Shown: positions 1-9,434, counted from the first letter of the stretch. The stretch: 64,000 bases of DNA from Salinimicrobium sp. (GCA_964228865.1 CAXRAI010000058.1:2011-66010), one strand, 5' to 3'. Made by a program: numbers and translations. Notes: a model not told the origin generated them from the sequence alone.

Positions 1-243
1 GTCATCGTTTGGAAAATCAGAACCCGTCTGGTCCGCGTTCAAGCGCCAGTGGAGCAGGCGAACCTCACCCGCCGATGACCGCTCCTCCAACGCCTCCAAG
101 GCATCGTGTTCACCCTCGCCGTGGAACCATTCGACGAGCGGGGCGTCGAGGTCGTCCTGCAACGGTGCCTCGCTGGCCCCTGCAAGCGGGGCAAGCAAGG
201 TGAGGAGGAAGAGCACCGCCAGTGGCAACGTGTGGCGCTTCAC
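1..243 (-). CDS. Partial CDS (first 81 codons; continues off the window) for a secreted or membrane-anchored hypothetical protein
   Basis: Absent from the ORF track because it runs off the edge. Minus-strand translation from GTG (243-241) gives VKRHTLPLAVLFLLTLLAPLAGASEAPLQDD..., a basic n-region plus hydrophobic core that looks like a signal peptide. The frame is open to position 1. The GTG overlaps the stop of the upstream gene (GTGA). Confidence 0.45.
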   Translation of the reverse strand, partial: MKRHTLPLAVLFLLTLLAPLAGASEAPLQDDLDAPLVEWFHGEGEHDALEALEERSSAGEVRLLHWRLNADQTGSDFPNDD

Positions 244-1910
244 TCCTCTTCCTCCGTGAAGGGCCGTTCAAACAGCCGAAGCGCCAAGGTGCGACGCTCC
301 ACATCGTCGAGCATCAAGGTGACTTTGGCTTGGACCCACACGGGCACGATGGCGCGGCCCGAGGGGTGATCGACCAGGAACAGCGTCGAGCCTCGTTCCA
401 CGTTCTCAGGAACCTCGTCCAGCTCCAGAGCATCGCCGGCCAACAGGCGTTCGATCAAGGGCAAATCAACGTCCACCCCCGCTGGAACGCCGTGGCGTTC
501 GATGACGGCAAGACCTTCCTGTCGAACCCGCCACACGCCGCGGTTTTCAGCAAAGGTGGGCAGCCCAACGTGAATGGCTTTCAACGGGTGGAAGGAACCT
601 CCGGGAAATCGTCCTCCCTTGCCGTCGGGTGTTTCCGGCGCCCACAACCGCTCCCGCATGCTCACCGGTGACACGGCGAGGCGCTTTCCACGCCGCCACC
701 ACGCCAAGGCATCGCTCAGACCATGTTTGGTGGCCAGTGGCTCGGACACGGCTGGGTCCACAGCATGCACGTCGTGACGGCTTGGGCCAGGCAGGTCACG
801 GAGGTAGGACGTCAGCCCTGGTCGCTTTGGAACCAGGGTTCTCGCCACGCCCTCGGGGGTCGCCTCCGGTCGATGACGGAGCAAGGCCACGTAGAAGCCC
901 CCAGTGTTGTTGTCTTCGGGATGAAGCCGTCGGGTCAATCGAAGCGCGTCCTGGAGCTCTGCCTCCACGGGCGGGGCGTGCTGGGTTTGAGCTTCTTCAG
1001 CCGTCATTTCGGTCCCGTCGTCGTGCAACATGGTCCACGTCGTCAGCCCTTCGCGCAAGGTCAGGCCTTCGAGCCGCCCTTGGGGAATCGGCACCGCCTC
1101 CATCCATGGGCATTGGCGAAGCATTTCTGCGATGACCGCCTCATTTTCCACTGGGTCCAAGGAACAGGTGGAGACCACCACGTGTCCTCCTGGGCGCACC
1201 AAACCGGCCGCGCGACGGGCGATGTCCACCTGCAAGCGGTGGAGGTCACGGCCTGAGGAAGGGCGCCACGACCACCACACTTCGCGGTTTTTTCTCATCG
1301 TGGCGGAACCTGTGCACGGGAGATCCGCGATGACCGCATCCACCCCGGGGGCAGGCGTTCGAGGGAAATGGCGTCCGTCGTGTTGCACGACGAGGACGTT
1401 CGCAAGGGAGACACGCCCCCGGTTGGACACGAGGGTGTTCACACGCCCCGACACCGGTTCATTGGCGATGACGGTGGTCAGGGGAAAGCGTTCTGCGATT
1501 TGTGTCGTCTTGGAACCCGGTGCGGCACAGAGGTCGACCACCACGTCGACGTCCTCCATGGGCAGCACTTCGACAGGAAGCATGGACGCGGCTTCTTGGC
1601 GCGTGATGCGCCCAGATTGGTGCAGGTGGGAAAGCAACGCACGGGCTTCACCTTCTGCATGCCCTCGGGGAAAGGGCATGGTGAAGGCCTCATGCAGGGA
1701 AATCCACGGCATATGTTCCCCTCCAATGGCCTTGATTTGCTCCACCGTCCAGGCCGAATCCCGGCGGCCGGGGGTGACGCGAAGGGTCTCAGGGAGTGGA
1801 TGTTCGACCACGTCCAACCAAGCGTGAACGTCGGCCCCGAGGGAGGCGGCAAGGCGAGCCAGCGGTGTGGAAGCCAATTCTTCTCGCGAGGTCGCCTCCC
1901 TCCAGACCAT
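240..1910 (-). CDS. NOL1/NOP2/Sun-family RNA cytosine-C5 methyltransferase
   Basis: SAM motif DLCAAPGSKT, catalytic motifs DLPCTGSATMRKN and VVSTCSLDPVENEAV. Start placed at the internal Met (MVWREATS...), which avoids the upstream low-quality extension. Confidence 0.88.
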   Translation of the reverse strand: MVWREATSREELASTPLARLAASLGADVHAWLDVVEHPLPETLRVTPGRRDSAWTVEQIKAIGGEHMPWISLHEAFTMPFPRGHAEGEARALLSHLHQSGRITRQEAASMLPVEVLPMEDVDVVVDLCAAPGSKTTQIAERFPLTTVIANEPVSGRVNTLVSNRGRVSLANVLVVQHDGRHFPRTPAPGVDAVIADLPCTGSATMRKNREVWWSWRPSSGRDLHRLQVDIARRAAGLVRPGGHVVVSTCSLDPVENEAVIAEMLRQCPWMEAVPIPQGRLEGLTLREGLTTWTMLHDDGTEMTAEEAQTQHAPPVEAELQDALRLTRRLHPEDNNTGGFYVALLRHRPEATPEGVARTLVPKRPGLTSYLRDLPGPSRHDVHAVDPAVSEPLATKHGLSDALAWWRRGKRLAVSPVSMRERLWAPETPDGKGGRFPGGSFHPLKAIHVGLPTFAENRGVWRVRQEGLAVIERHGVPAGVDVDLPLIERLLAGDALELDEVPENVERGSTLFLVDHPSGRAIVPVWVQAKVTLMLDDVERRTLALRLFERPFTEEEE

Positions 1911-1966
1911 CGCAACCGGTTCTGCCTTCGCGCATTCGGGTTCAAGCCTTCCCTTCTGGCGTCTGA

Positions 1967-3019
1967 TTGAAGGGGCGCACCCGCACCGTGCTGGGCATGG
2001 AGGGTACGCCACAAATCGCCCTCATGTTGCTGGTGCTTGGCCTGCTGACGTGGGCTTGGCCTCGAAGCCTCCCCAACCAAAGGATGGATGATCTTCGTCG
2101 CTGGCTGCCGTTGGTCGGTTGGACGTGGGCCATGCTCTCGCGCATCAGCGCGGCCTTCAACCCCACCCAGTGGCCTCATTTCGCCGCCAGGTTGGGGGCA
2201 GAAGCCACCGTGTTCGAGCGTTTGGCTGCGGTGGTCTCAGGAGACGGGCTTGTTCTCATCGGGATGGCCGTGCCGCTGTGGTGGACCGCCCTAGATCGCC
2301 ACGAGGACAGTGCTTGGCGACGGGCGGAAGTCGTCCTGCCCTTGGCGCTTCTCGCCATGCTTGGTCTCGAAGGCGGTCTGGAACACGTCGCATCCTCCCC
2401 GAACAGCGCCACAGTCGCTGCGACGTGGTGGGACGGGTTCCTCTGCCTGTTTGTGCTGGCTTTGGGTGCAGCGTGGATGGAATGGCGTCCTGCCGTCTCA
2501 ATGAGCCTTTGCGGACTGGCATCGCTGGCCACCCTTCTGGTGTTCTTACCGATGGTGGAGGCCGACCCTGGCCTGCAAGCAGCACGTGGACCTGGGTTGC
2601 TGGCCGCCTCCACAACCCTCGCGTTGGCCCCTCGCAGGTTCCCTCGTCCATCCATGGCCGCACCGCAAGGGTTGGCCGTATGGTTGGTCCTCAGCATGGT
2701 GCTGAGTGTCGTCGCGATGCTCGCCTTGCTGCCTCCCTATGGTGGATTTGAGGCGTGGGCGGTGGTCGGTGTTGTGCTGCGCACCGCCACGGTGGTTGCC
2801 GCCACCGCCATCGTCGCCCTACTCTCGTTGAGGCTTGGTCTGGACGCTCAAGCCCAAGCCACGTGGTCCATGGGTCGAAGGGCGTGGAGCATCACGCCCA
2901 TGATGTTGCTCGTGGTGTTGCCCGCAGTGCCGCTTGTGGCTGCCTCGATGCTCGTCGGTTCGTGGTCGGCATGGGCACTGCTTCGGTGGTGGCCTGTGGG
3001 TTCGGAAAACGGTGCTTGA
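1967..3019 (+). CDS. Polytopic membrane protein, unknown function
   Basis: 350-aa ORF made almost entirely of Leu/Ala/Val/Trp-rich hydrophobic segments (8 or more predicted TM spans). Divergent from the methyltransferase gene. Start uncertain. Confidence 0.5.
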   Translation: MKGRTRTVLGMEGTPQIALMLLVLGLLTWAWPRSLPNQRMDDLRRWLPLVGWTWAMLSRISAAFNPTQWPHFAARLGAEATVFERLAAVVSGDGLVLIGMAVPLWWTALDRHEDSAWRRAEVVLPLALLAMLGLEGGLEHVASSPNSATVAATWWDGFLCLFVLALGAAWMEWRPAVSMSLCGLASLATLLVFLPMVEADPGLQAARGPGLLAASTTLALAPRRFPRPSMAAPQGLAVWLVLSMVLSVVAMLALLPPYGGFEAWAVVGVVLRTATVVAATAIVALLSLRLGLDAQAQATWSMGRRAWSITPMMLLVVLPAVPLVAASMLVGSWSAWALLRWWPVGSENGA

Positions 3020-3102
3020 AACCCAAGGTAAGACCGAGCCGCTTATGAGCGAAAGGGGCAGGAAGGCTCGGGGCGTCTCCGGACGACCCGGATGGGATTT
3101 GC

Positions 3103-3456
3103 ATGGGTCGAGCCTTTCGCTGTGGCGTTGAAAACAAACGAAAATTGAACGCCAGAGCCACGGCCAAGCGATGGCCTGTTCGGGACCTTGCGCCCCTCAT
3201 TGCCCGGACTCAAGAATCTGGAAAAGCCATGGGGCCTGCAACGCCAATCGAGGCCCTGATCCGAATTGAGGGCGACTCGTGGATGTTTGAGCGCGCCGAT
3301 CCGAGCGCGTTGGCGGCCGCACGTCACCGCATTGTTGTGCATGAAAACGGGGCGCCGCTCAGCCTCGGCGGCTGCACAGACATGTCGACGGCGTTGGACG
3401 TCGCTCGGAAGATGGCCGAAGTTGACGGTCGTGTCGTGCTGATTCAGAACCTCTGA
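3103..3456 (+). CDS. Small hypothetical protein (117 aa; alternative start 3229 gives 75 aa)
   Basis: ORF only, no recognisable motif. The ATG at 3103 sits in a 17-nt context repeated at the start of the 35425 gene. Confidence 0.35.
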   Translation: MGRAFRCGVENKRKLNARATAKRWPVRDLAPLIARTQESGKAMGPATPIEALIRIEGDSWMFERADPSALAAARHRIVVHENGAPLSLGGCTDMSTALDVARKMAEVDGRVVLIQNL

Positions 3457-3645
3457 TCAGGCAATGGCGCGCCAAATGGCTTGGACGACGCCCATGTTGA
3501 CCATGTAGAAGAAGCCGGCCAAAATGATGCAAGCGGCGTACACCTGCAACTTGGTGATGCGCCAGGCGTGCTCCGATTCTTCATCGAAGTACCGGATGAG
3601 ACCTGCGGCTTGCTGAATGCCACCGCCGTCGTTCTTCTTCGCCAT
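3457..3645 (-). CDS. secG: Preprotein translocase subunit Sec61 beta (archaeal SecG)
   Basis: 62 aa. The AGLIRYFDEE motif followed by one C-terminal TM helix (VYAACIILAGFFYMV) is typical of archaeal Sec61beta. Confidence 0.72.
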   Translation of the reverse strand: MAKKNDGGGIQQAAGLIRYFDEESEHAWRITKLQVYAACIILAGFFYMVNMGVVQAIWRAIA

Positions 3646-3692
3646 GGTGCTCAGCCCTCCGAACCGCCTTCTCCTTATGAACGCGACGCGGC

Positions 3693-4571
3693 TTACGTCA
3701 GGTCCACCACGTCGAGGTCATCTTCCGTGCTCAGCACGGCCACGGCCCCTTCATGCACGAGGGCCATGGGGGCGTCGTCCAAGGGGTCCACTTCAATCAA
3801 GGCGGCTTCAGCTCGAGCCAAGGCGCGTTCCACCCCCGGTGCATGGTCCTCGCTGAGGGCTTTTCTCGCTCGCTCAAGGTCCTCATCGGCTTCCATGAGG
3901 CGATGTTGCCGCACGGTGGAGGTGGACTCATCGTCAACCTCATCCAACCATTCATGGAGGCGTTTGGCCACGGTCTCCCGTCGCTGTTCCATGGCGCGGA
4001 TGTCTTCCCGTAGGCCGTCCCGGCCACGCTGAACGGCTTCCTTCCAGGCCTTGGCATGGCTGGACCGGTTCAAGTCGAGGCTGCGGAGGATTCGGTCTGC
4101 CGCTGCAGGCCATGAAAACTCCCACGGCATGCGCCCGAGCGCAGAGGAGAGGTCGAACACCGCCCGGTCTTGAAGGGCCTCCGAACCCGAGAATTCCAAG
4201 ACGTTCAGGTAACCCTTGGTGAGCAGGCCAAAGCCCCAGTAGGGGCGTGAATGAATGCGGACGGTCAAGTCGCCCGCCTTGACCTCGAGCTCCCATCGCT
4301 GCTCATCGAATTTTGGCGCGCGGACCATGGTCAAGGTCGCTGCTTCTTGGAGCCCGTGGATCAACGCCGTTGCCACGTCGCCCAAGTAGACCACGCCCGG
4401 TGCTTTGCCGCCACGGCGTGGGCGAAGCCCGCCTTCGGCGTCCACCGAATGATGCGGCCCTGCCCGTACCACTTGGGCGGCCAAGCGCAGCGTGTTTGGC
4501 ATACAGCACGACCACGGGTCATTCGGTTCAAGGGTCCACCGGTGCCTCGATTCATCAGACAAGTTCTTCAA
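3693..4571 (-). CDS. Hypothetical protein with an acidic, helical C-terminal half
   Basis: 292-aa ORF with plausible composition and no recognised motif. The start may be an internal Met. Confidence 0.45.
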   Translation of the reverse strand: MKNLSDESRHRWTLEPNDPWSCCMPNTLRLAAQVVRAGPHHSVDAEGGLRPRRGGKAPGVVYLGDVATALIHGLQEAATLTMVRAPKFDEQRWELEVKAGDLTVRIHSRPYWGFGLLTKGYLNVLEFSGSEALQDRAVFDLSSALGRMPWEFSWPAAADRILRSLDLNRSSHAKAWKEAVQRGRDGLREDIRAMEQRRETVAKRLHEWLDEVDDESTSTVRQHRLMEADEDLERARKALSEDHAPGVERALARAEAALIEVDPLDDAPMALVHEGAVAVLSTEDDLDVVDLT

Positions 4572-4605
4572 CGTCTGAGCTCATCCTCCGCGCGGTGAGC
4601 CTGAC

Positions 4606-5040
4606 ATGGCAGGAAAAGACAGCGGCAAGGACCTGACGGACCTCCCCGGCGTGGGCGCGGCAACGGCGAAGAAACTCAAGGACGCGGGCCTGACCACCGT
4701 GGCCAAAATTCGCAAGGCAGGGCGAGACGGACTGACGGCGGCTGGCATCAGCACGCCGACGGCGGCCCGCATCCTCAAGGGCGTGGCACAAGAGGCCGGC
4801 ACCAAGGCAAAAGAGGCCGCCAAGAAGGCCACGACGAAGGCCTCCTCCGCTGCAGCAAAGACCGCAAAGAAGGCCACCAAGGCGGCCACCAAGGCCGTCG
4901 TCAAGCAATCCGTGAAGAAGGTCGTCAAGACGGCCGGTCGAACCGATCGCAAGGTCCTCTCTGCGAAGGAAGAAGGCCGAAAGGGCAAGACGCTGAAGAC
5001 CCCGTCCCTTCAGGACATCCTGAAGTCAAGGAAGAAGTGA
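4606..5040 (+). CDS. Helix-hairpin-helix DNA-binding protein with a Lys/Ala-rich histone-H1-like tail
   Basis: Two HhH motifs (LTDLPGVGAATAKKLKDAGL; LTAAGISTPTAARILKG) followed by AKEAAKKATTKASSAAAKTAKKATKAATKAVVK. Confidence 0.65.
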   Translation: MAGKDSGKDLTDLPGVGAATAKKLKDAGLTTVAKIRKAGRDGLTAAGISTPTAARILKGVAQEAGTKAKEAAKKATTKASSAAAKTAKKATKAATKAVVKQSVKKVVKTAGRTDRKVLSAKEEGRKGKTLKTPSLQDILKSRKK

Positions 5041-5262
5041 CGGAATCACTTAGCACCCTTCCACCCAATCCACGCCATGCCTCGACGGAAGTACGGCCGT
5101 CTCCGCAAGGCGGTTGAACTTCCTCCAAAGGAGAATTGTTCACGGTGCAGAGCAGGCAAATTTTGCCCCCTGCCCAACCATGCGGGCCAGAAGGTCTCTC
5201 CTTCTCGTTCGTGGGTTGGACCTGAGCGCATCCGGAAAAGGAAGCGCGGTGCTGGGAACTGA

Positions 5263-6342
5263 TCAGGCCTGTTCCAAACCGAGGACACTCGCCGAAGGCG
5301 TGACGTCTTCGAGCGTCTTCTCATCCACTCCGGTGGGCATGCTCGCTCGAGCGGCTTGCGCCCGGTGGTACACCTCCCGAAGGGTTTGATCGCCGATTTC
5401 GAGGTAGACGCGCGTGGTGGCGATGCTGGCGTGACCCAGCAAGCGTTGGATGCTGACCAAATCAGCACCTCGTTCCAACAACCCTGTGGCGAAATTGTGG
5501 CGCAAGACGTGCGGCGTGAGCCGGCCACGCGGCAAACCTGAGGCGACCGACAGATCCTCCATCAAGCGCTGAACGCTCCTCGGGGTCAATCGAGCGCCTC
5601 GTCGGTTGACCAAGACCGGTCCAGAGGCCTCTTCGGTGCGCAACGCGCGTTGCTCGAGCCACAGGTGAAGTTCATCCAGGGTGCGCTCTGTGAACAGCAC
5701 CAGGCGATCCTTGTCACCTTTGCCAGACCGCACCATGGCCGACTGGTCGTCCACGTCGACCGCGTCCAAATCCAAGTCACAGATTTCGCTTACACGCAAT
5801 CCCGTGTCGAGCATCATCGTCACCACGACACGCGCCAGAGGGTCCTCATGCCACCGAGCGGCCTCCAACACGTCACTGAGTTCTCGACGCGTCAGCGTTC
5901 GTGGCAAACGGCGACCGGTGCGGGCCCGGACCAGGTGTTCTGGCCACCGGTGGCCAAGCCAATGGAGCAGGTGACGAGCCGCGGCCAGTTTTGTGTTGAA
6001 CGATGAGGGTTTCAAGTCAGAGAGGCTGTGCACCCAGCGGTCCAAACGGCCGTTCAACGGTTCAACGCGTTCCGCCACTTCCCCCACGCTCAGTGCGTCC
6101 ACATCCTCCAAGTGCGGTTCACCAGGGAGCATGGTTTCCAGCATCGGCCGGATGGAGGTCAGGTAGGTTTTGCGGGTGTTTTCCGACTTTCCTTCAGTGC
6201 GCAGCTGCTGGAGGTAGCACTCCAACCAAGGCAAGCGAGAAAGGTGGTGAAGGCGAGGAGGCAAATCGACGTGCTGCCCCTCATCCAAACGACGTTGACT
6301 GGGTCGAAGTGCCCGTCGTTCTCGTGAAGGTCCCGCGTCCAT
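5263..6342 (-). CDS. xerA: Tyrosine recombinase, XerA/XerCD-like
   Basis: C-terminal catalytic signature HVLRHNFATGLLERGADLVSIQRLLGHASIATTRVYLEI (HxxR ... Y). N-terminal SAM-like core-binding region. Start uncertain. Confidence 0.8.
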   Translation of the reverse strand: MDAGPSRERRALRPSQRRLDEGQHVDLPPRLHHLSRLPWLECYLQQLRTEGKSENTRKTYLTSIRPMLETMLPGEPHLEDVDALSVGEVAERVEPLNGRLDRWVHSLSDLKPSSFNTKLAAARHLLHWLGHRWPEHLVRARTGRRLPRTLTRRELSDVLEAARWHEDPLARVVVTMMLDTGLRVSEICDLDLDAVDVDDQSAMVRSGKGDKDRLVLFTERTLDELHLWLEQRALRTEEASGPVLVNRRGARLTPRSVQRLMEDLSVASGLPRGRLTPHVLRHNFATGLLERGADLVSIQRLLGHASIATTRVYLEIGDQTLREVYHRAQAARASMPTGVDEKTLEDVTPSASVLGLEQA

Positions 6343-6430
6343 TTGGCGTCACCGCCTGCCGCCGAAGCGGCGTGCATCCCATGCCCGAAGGCGTTGGGCC
6401 ATGAGGCGGGGTGAACTTGAACGTTCGGCT

Positions 6431-7630
6431 TCAGACGGCCGCTTCGTCAGGGCCAGCGTCGAACGGGCTGTCGCTCACGCTCTCCGAACAGCGTACAACG
6501 GCTGCCCGGACGGTGCTGCGCAAGCTCGTGCGTGGTCCGGTGCAGAGGACGAGATCGTCAAACCGTAGGCGTGTGTCTGGCCCTGGGTTCCACATCATGT
6601 GTGAGTTTCGTGCGATGGCGAAGGTTTCGATTTCACCGTGAAACACGTCCTCAAGGCTGCGTCCAATCAACCCCGGGTGACGGCGGACCTGCAGCGTCAC
6701 CACGCCTTCGTCGGGCAGCATGCGAAGCAATCCGTCGATCTCGACGTCCCCGAAGCCGGCTTCCTGTATGGCGTGGTCCACGATGGCGCCCGCAACGTTC
6801 ACACCGCTGGCCATCTCGATGCCCTGCAAACCGGGGCTTGAGTTCACTTCGAGGACCATGGGGCCGTTGTTGCCCTCCAAGAGGTCAACGCCCGCGATGT
6901 TCAGGCCAAGCACGCGGGCAGCGCGCCGGGCCACGTCTGCAAACTCATCCGGCAAGTCGAGTGATTCGACGGTGCCGTTGAGGTGGAAGTTTGAGCGGAA
7001 TTCCCGTCCACGGGCGCGCCGGCGCATGGCGGCCACCACCTCGTCCCCGACGACGATGACTCGGACGTCACGGCCGTGGCTTTCTGCGACGTACTCCTGA
7101 ATCAAGACATCCCGGCGTGCGTGCAACAGACCCTGAACGAGGCTTTTGGCTTCGTAAGCCGTATGACGCAGGAAGACCCCTTGGCCTTGTGTGCCTTTGG
7201 TGACCTTGACCACCACAGGCAGCCCTCCGACCGCTTCGATGGCGTGGTCAACGTCCCTCACGTCCCTCACGTTCATGGTGCGAGGAATTGGGATGCGGTT
7301 CCGGGCCAGAATCTGGCTTGCACGGAGTTTGTCCCTGCTTTGCAGGATGCCCGCAGCACTGTTTGAGGACCAGACGCCCAGTTGATCCAAGTGGCGCAGC
7401 AACGCCGTACCGTGTCCGGTGATGGAATGCCCAATGCGAGGGATGACCGCTTCGTGCTCGAACGGCTCGCCGTTCACGAGGACCTCAACACGCCCCTCGT
7501 CGACAAACATCGAGCACGTCAACGGGTCGATGATCGCCACATCAAGGCCACGCTCACGGGCTTCCTCCACCAAACGGCGGGTGCTGTAGAGGCGAGGGCC
7601 CCTGGACAGCACGGCGAGGCGGAGGTCCAT
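6431..7630 (-). CDS. rimK: RimK-family ATP-grasp alpha-L-glutamate ligase with a C-terminal TrkA_C/RCK_C-like domain
   Basis: REFRSNFHLNG, LEVNSSPGLQGIE and the ATP-grasp core are present. The extra ~100 aa C-terminus (VVTLQVRRHPGLIGRSLEDV...DDLVLCTGP) resembles TrkA_C. Start at MDLRLAVLSRG. Confidence 0.8.
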   Translation of the reverse strand: MDLRLAVLSRGPRLYSTRRLVEEARERGLDVAIIDPLTCSMFVDEGRVEVLVNGEPFEHEAVIPRIGHSITGHGTALLRHLDQLGVWSSNSAAGILQSRDKLRASQILARNRIPIPRTMNVRDVRDVDHAIEAVGGLPVVVKVTKGTQGQGVFLRHTAYEAKSLVQGLLHARRDVLIQEYVAESHGRDVRVIVVGDEVVAAMRRRARGREFRSNFHLNGTVESLDLPDEFADVARRAARVLGLNIAGVDLLEGNNGPMVLEVNSSPGLQGIEMASGVNVAGAIVDHAIQEAGFGDVEIDGLLRMLPDEGVVTLQVRRHPGLIGRSLEDVFHGEIETFAIARNSHMMWNPGPDTRLRFDDLVLCTGPRTSLRSTVRAAVVRCSESVSDSPFDAGPDEAAV

Positions 7631-7726
7631 GCGGCCGGGCGGCACACGCTCCCTTTTCACCCCATCGTTCACAAATCAACATCCTCGGCCGAGGCTTTCA
7701 AGTGGTCGGCGAATCAGCAACATGGT

Positions 7727-8752
7727 ATGGACGATGTTGAACACGCCGACGCTTCCGAGACCCTAGAATCGGTCCCTTCTGAAGTGCTGGTCGATGAAGA
7801 CAGGGACGACATCTTGGAAGAGATGAGCCTTGAGCAACGCGAAGAGGCGCTCCAGCGGTCACGCTGGAACGTCTTCATGTTCCTTGGTATCGCCGTGATT
7901 TTGTTTGGGTTCGCCCTCTTCCCAATGCCCTTCTCTGCCGATTACCAAGCATCCCTTGGCGGCGCACAGGCCACCAAGGACGTAGGGCTCATCTGGGGTA
8001 TGCCCATTCCCGGTGACGACATCACCGACGTCCCCGTTCGCGTGGACATCGCCATCGATCAACCGCCGCCCACACACTCTGAGTTGGTTGCGTTCATGAT
8101 TCAAACTCCTGATTGCACGGACACAGCATCCTTGTCGGACGGTCAAGTGCAGGCTGAAAACGGGAGTTCAGACCACGGTTTTGCCACAACAATGGGCCGT
8201 GTGACGGGCGGCTCTGAGGAACAGTTCCGATTCCGTCTCGACCCCGGACAATACTGCCTCATCGTCAAATTCCGTGACATCGATGGCCTGAACGCCGATT
8301 CGGCGGGGACAGGGACCATCGAGATCGACGGTCGGGTGTGGCCGAACCAAGCCATTGCAGGCTTGTTTGGCGTGGTGGCCATCGTCTTGGCTGCGCTCTC
8401 ATTTGTTGGTGCTCAGCGCCACGGAAACGAGGTCAAGGCGATGAAACAGCCCAAAGAGGACTCTGTTGAGTCCACGGTGCTCGCCGCCGCTGGCCCCTCC
8501 GGTCCACCGGCCGCAGGGCCCAGCGGCCCTCCTTCTGCTGGTCCGAGCGGCCCGCCAAAGGCGACTGAGGCTCCCACTGAGGCACCTTCTGAGGAGACGG
8601 GCCCGACGGTGCTGCAACACGACGAGGATGGAACGACGTGGCTGGACGCAGGCAACGGTTACGTCCATCGGCGCATGCCAGACGGTGATTTCGATCAGAC
8701 GATTTTCGTTCCAAATCCAGATGGCGAAGGCTTTGTTCCTCACGAAGCATGA
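7727..8752 (+). CDS. Two-TM membrane protein with an acidic N-terminus and a Pro-rich repeat tail
   Basis: Start at MDDVEHADA. TM helices at WNVFMFLGIAVILFGFALF and AIAGLFGVVAIVLAALSFV. Tandem AGPSGPP x3. The upstream part of the track ORF (7382-) is antisense to rimK. Confidence 0.55.
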   Translation: MDDVEHADASETLESVPSEVLVDEDRDDILEEMSLEQREEALQRSRWNVFMFLGIAVILFGFALFPMPFSADYQASLGGAQATKDVGLIWGMPIPGDDITDVPVRVDIAIDQPPPTHSELVAFMIQTPDCTDTASLSDGQVQAENGSSDHGFATTMGRVTGGSEEQFRFRLDPGQYCLIVKFRDIDGLNADSAGTGTIEIDGRVWPNQAIAGLFGVVAIVLAALSFVGAQRHGNEVKAMKQPKEDSVESTVLAAAGPSGPPAAGPSGPPSAGPSGPPKATEAPTEAPSEETGPTVLQHDEDGTTWLDAGNGYVHRRMPDGDFDQTIFVPNPDGEGFVPHEA

Positions 8753-8772
8753 CGTGTGCGTGAGGTCAAAGC

Positions 8773-9393
8773 ATGAGCGGCGTGGACGTGTACGTCGCGG
8801 TCGCTCTTGGCGTAGGATTGGCCGCTGCAAGCGGTTTTCGCGTGTTCATCCCCCCGTTCCTCTACGGTCTTGCCACACGTTTTGACCTCAATCCTGCAGC
8901 CTTTGCAGGTTCGGACATGCAAGCATGGATGGCTTCTGACGTGGGGTTGACCGTCCTCGGAGCAGCGGTGTTGTGCGAACTCTTGGCCTACTACATCCCA
9001 TGGCTGGACAACCTGCTTGACACCATCGCGTCCCCTGCAGCGGTCTTGGGTGGGGTGGTGCTGATGTCGTCCTCGCTTGGAGAATTGGATCCTGTGCTGC
9101 GGTGGGCCACGAGCATCATCGTCGGGGGCACCACCAGCGGCACCGTTCAGGTCACCACCGTGGGGGTACGTGCCCTTTCGACGGCGTCCACCGGTGGCCT
9201 TGGAAACCCAATCGTGTCCACCGTCGAAGCAGGGGCTTGCTTGGTCTGCACCGTGCTGGCCCTGTTGCTGCCCCTGCTCGCCATGGCTTTGGTCGTCGCA
9301 GGGCTGGTCGTTGGCGGCCGTTGGTTGGTGCGTCGTCGAGCGCAAAAGGGGACGGATGGTGCTGCTTTGGTGCCCATCAACCCTCAGGCTTGA
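8773..9393 (+). CDS. DUF4126-like integral membrane protein
   Basis: Gly/Ala/Val-rich polytopic ORF starting ...AAASGFRVFIPPFLYGLATRF. The resemblance to DUF4126 is from memory. Confidence 0.5.
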   Translation: MSGVDVYVAVALGVGLAAASGFRVFIPPFLYGLATRFDLNPAAFAGSDMQAWMASDVGLTVLGAAVLCELLAYYIPWLDNLLDTIASPAAVLGGVVLMSSSLGELDPVLRWATSIIVGGTTSGTVQVTTVGVRALSTASTGGLGNPIVSTVEAGACLVCTVLALLLPLLAMALVVAGLVVGGRWLVRRRAQKGTDGAALVPINPQA

Positions 9394-9434
9394 AAACGGT
9401 CAACTGCGAGAAGTCCAATGGAGGGCGGTGAGCG

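Noticed and set aside
3124-3153. Stem-loop GGCGTTGAA-(A-rich loop)-TTGAACGCC
   Set aside because: It has a 6+2 bp stem with a mismatch and may lie inside the 3103 ORF. Its function cannot be assigned from sequence alone.
5152-5173. Palindrome/hairpin GCAGGCAAATTTTGCCCCCTGC in the convergent gap between the HhH gene and xerA
   Set aside because: It could be a bidirectional terminator or a recombinase site. But the apical loop is only 1 nt, the stem needs a bulge, and archaeal terminators are mainly oligo-T tracts. The support is insufficient.
5263-6342. Tyrosine recombinase as the marker of an integrated element
   Set aside because: There is no adjacent tRNA, no visible direct repeats, and no phage or plasmid genes. 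The flanks are housekeeping or hypothetical genes. It is more likely the chromosomal XerA dimer-resolution recombinase.
6631-6645. parS-like sequence TTTCACCGTGAAACA inside rimK
   Set aside because: It resembles bacterial parS (TGTTTCACGTGAAACA) but carries an extra central base that breaks half-site spacing. There is only one copy, no full-length ParB is in the window, and a chance match is likely.
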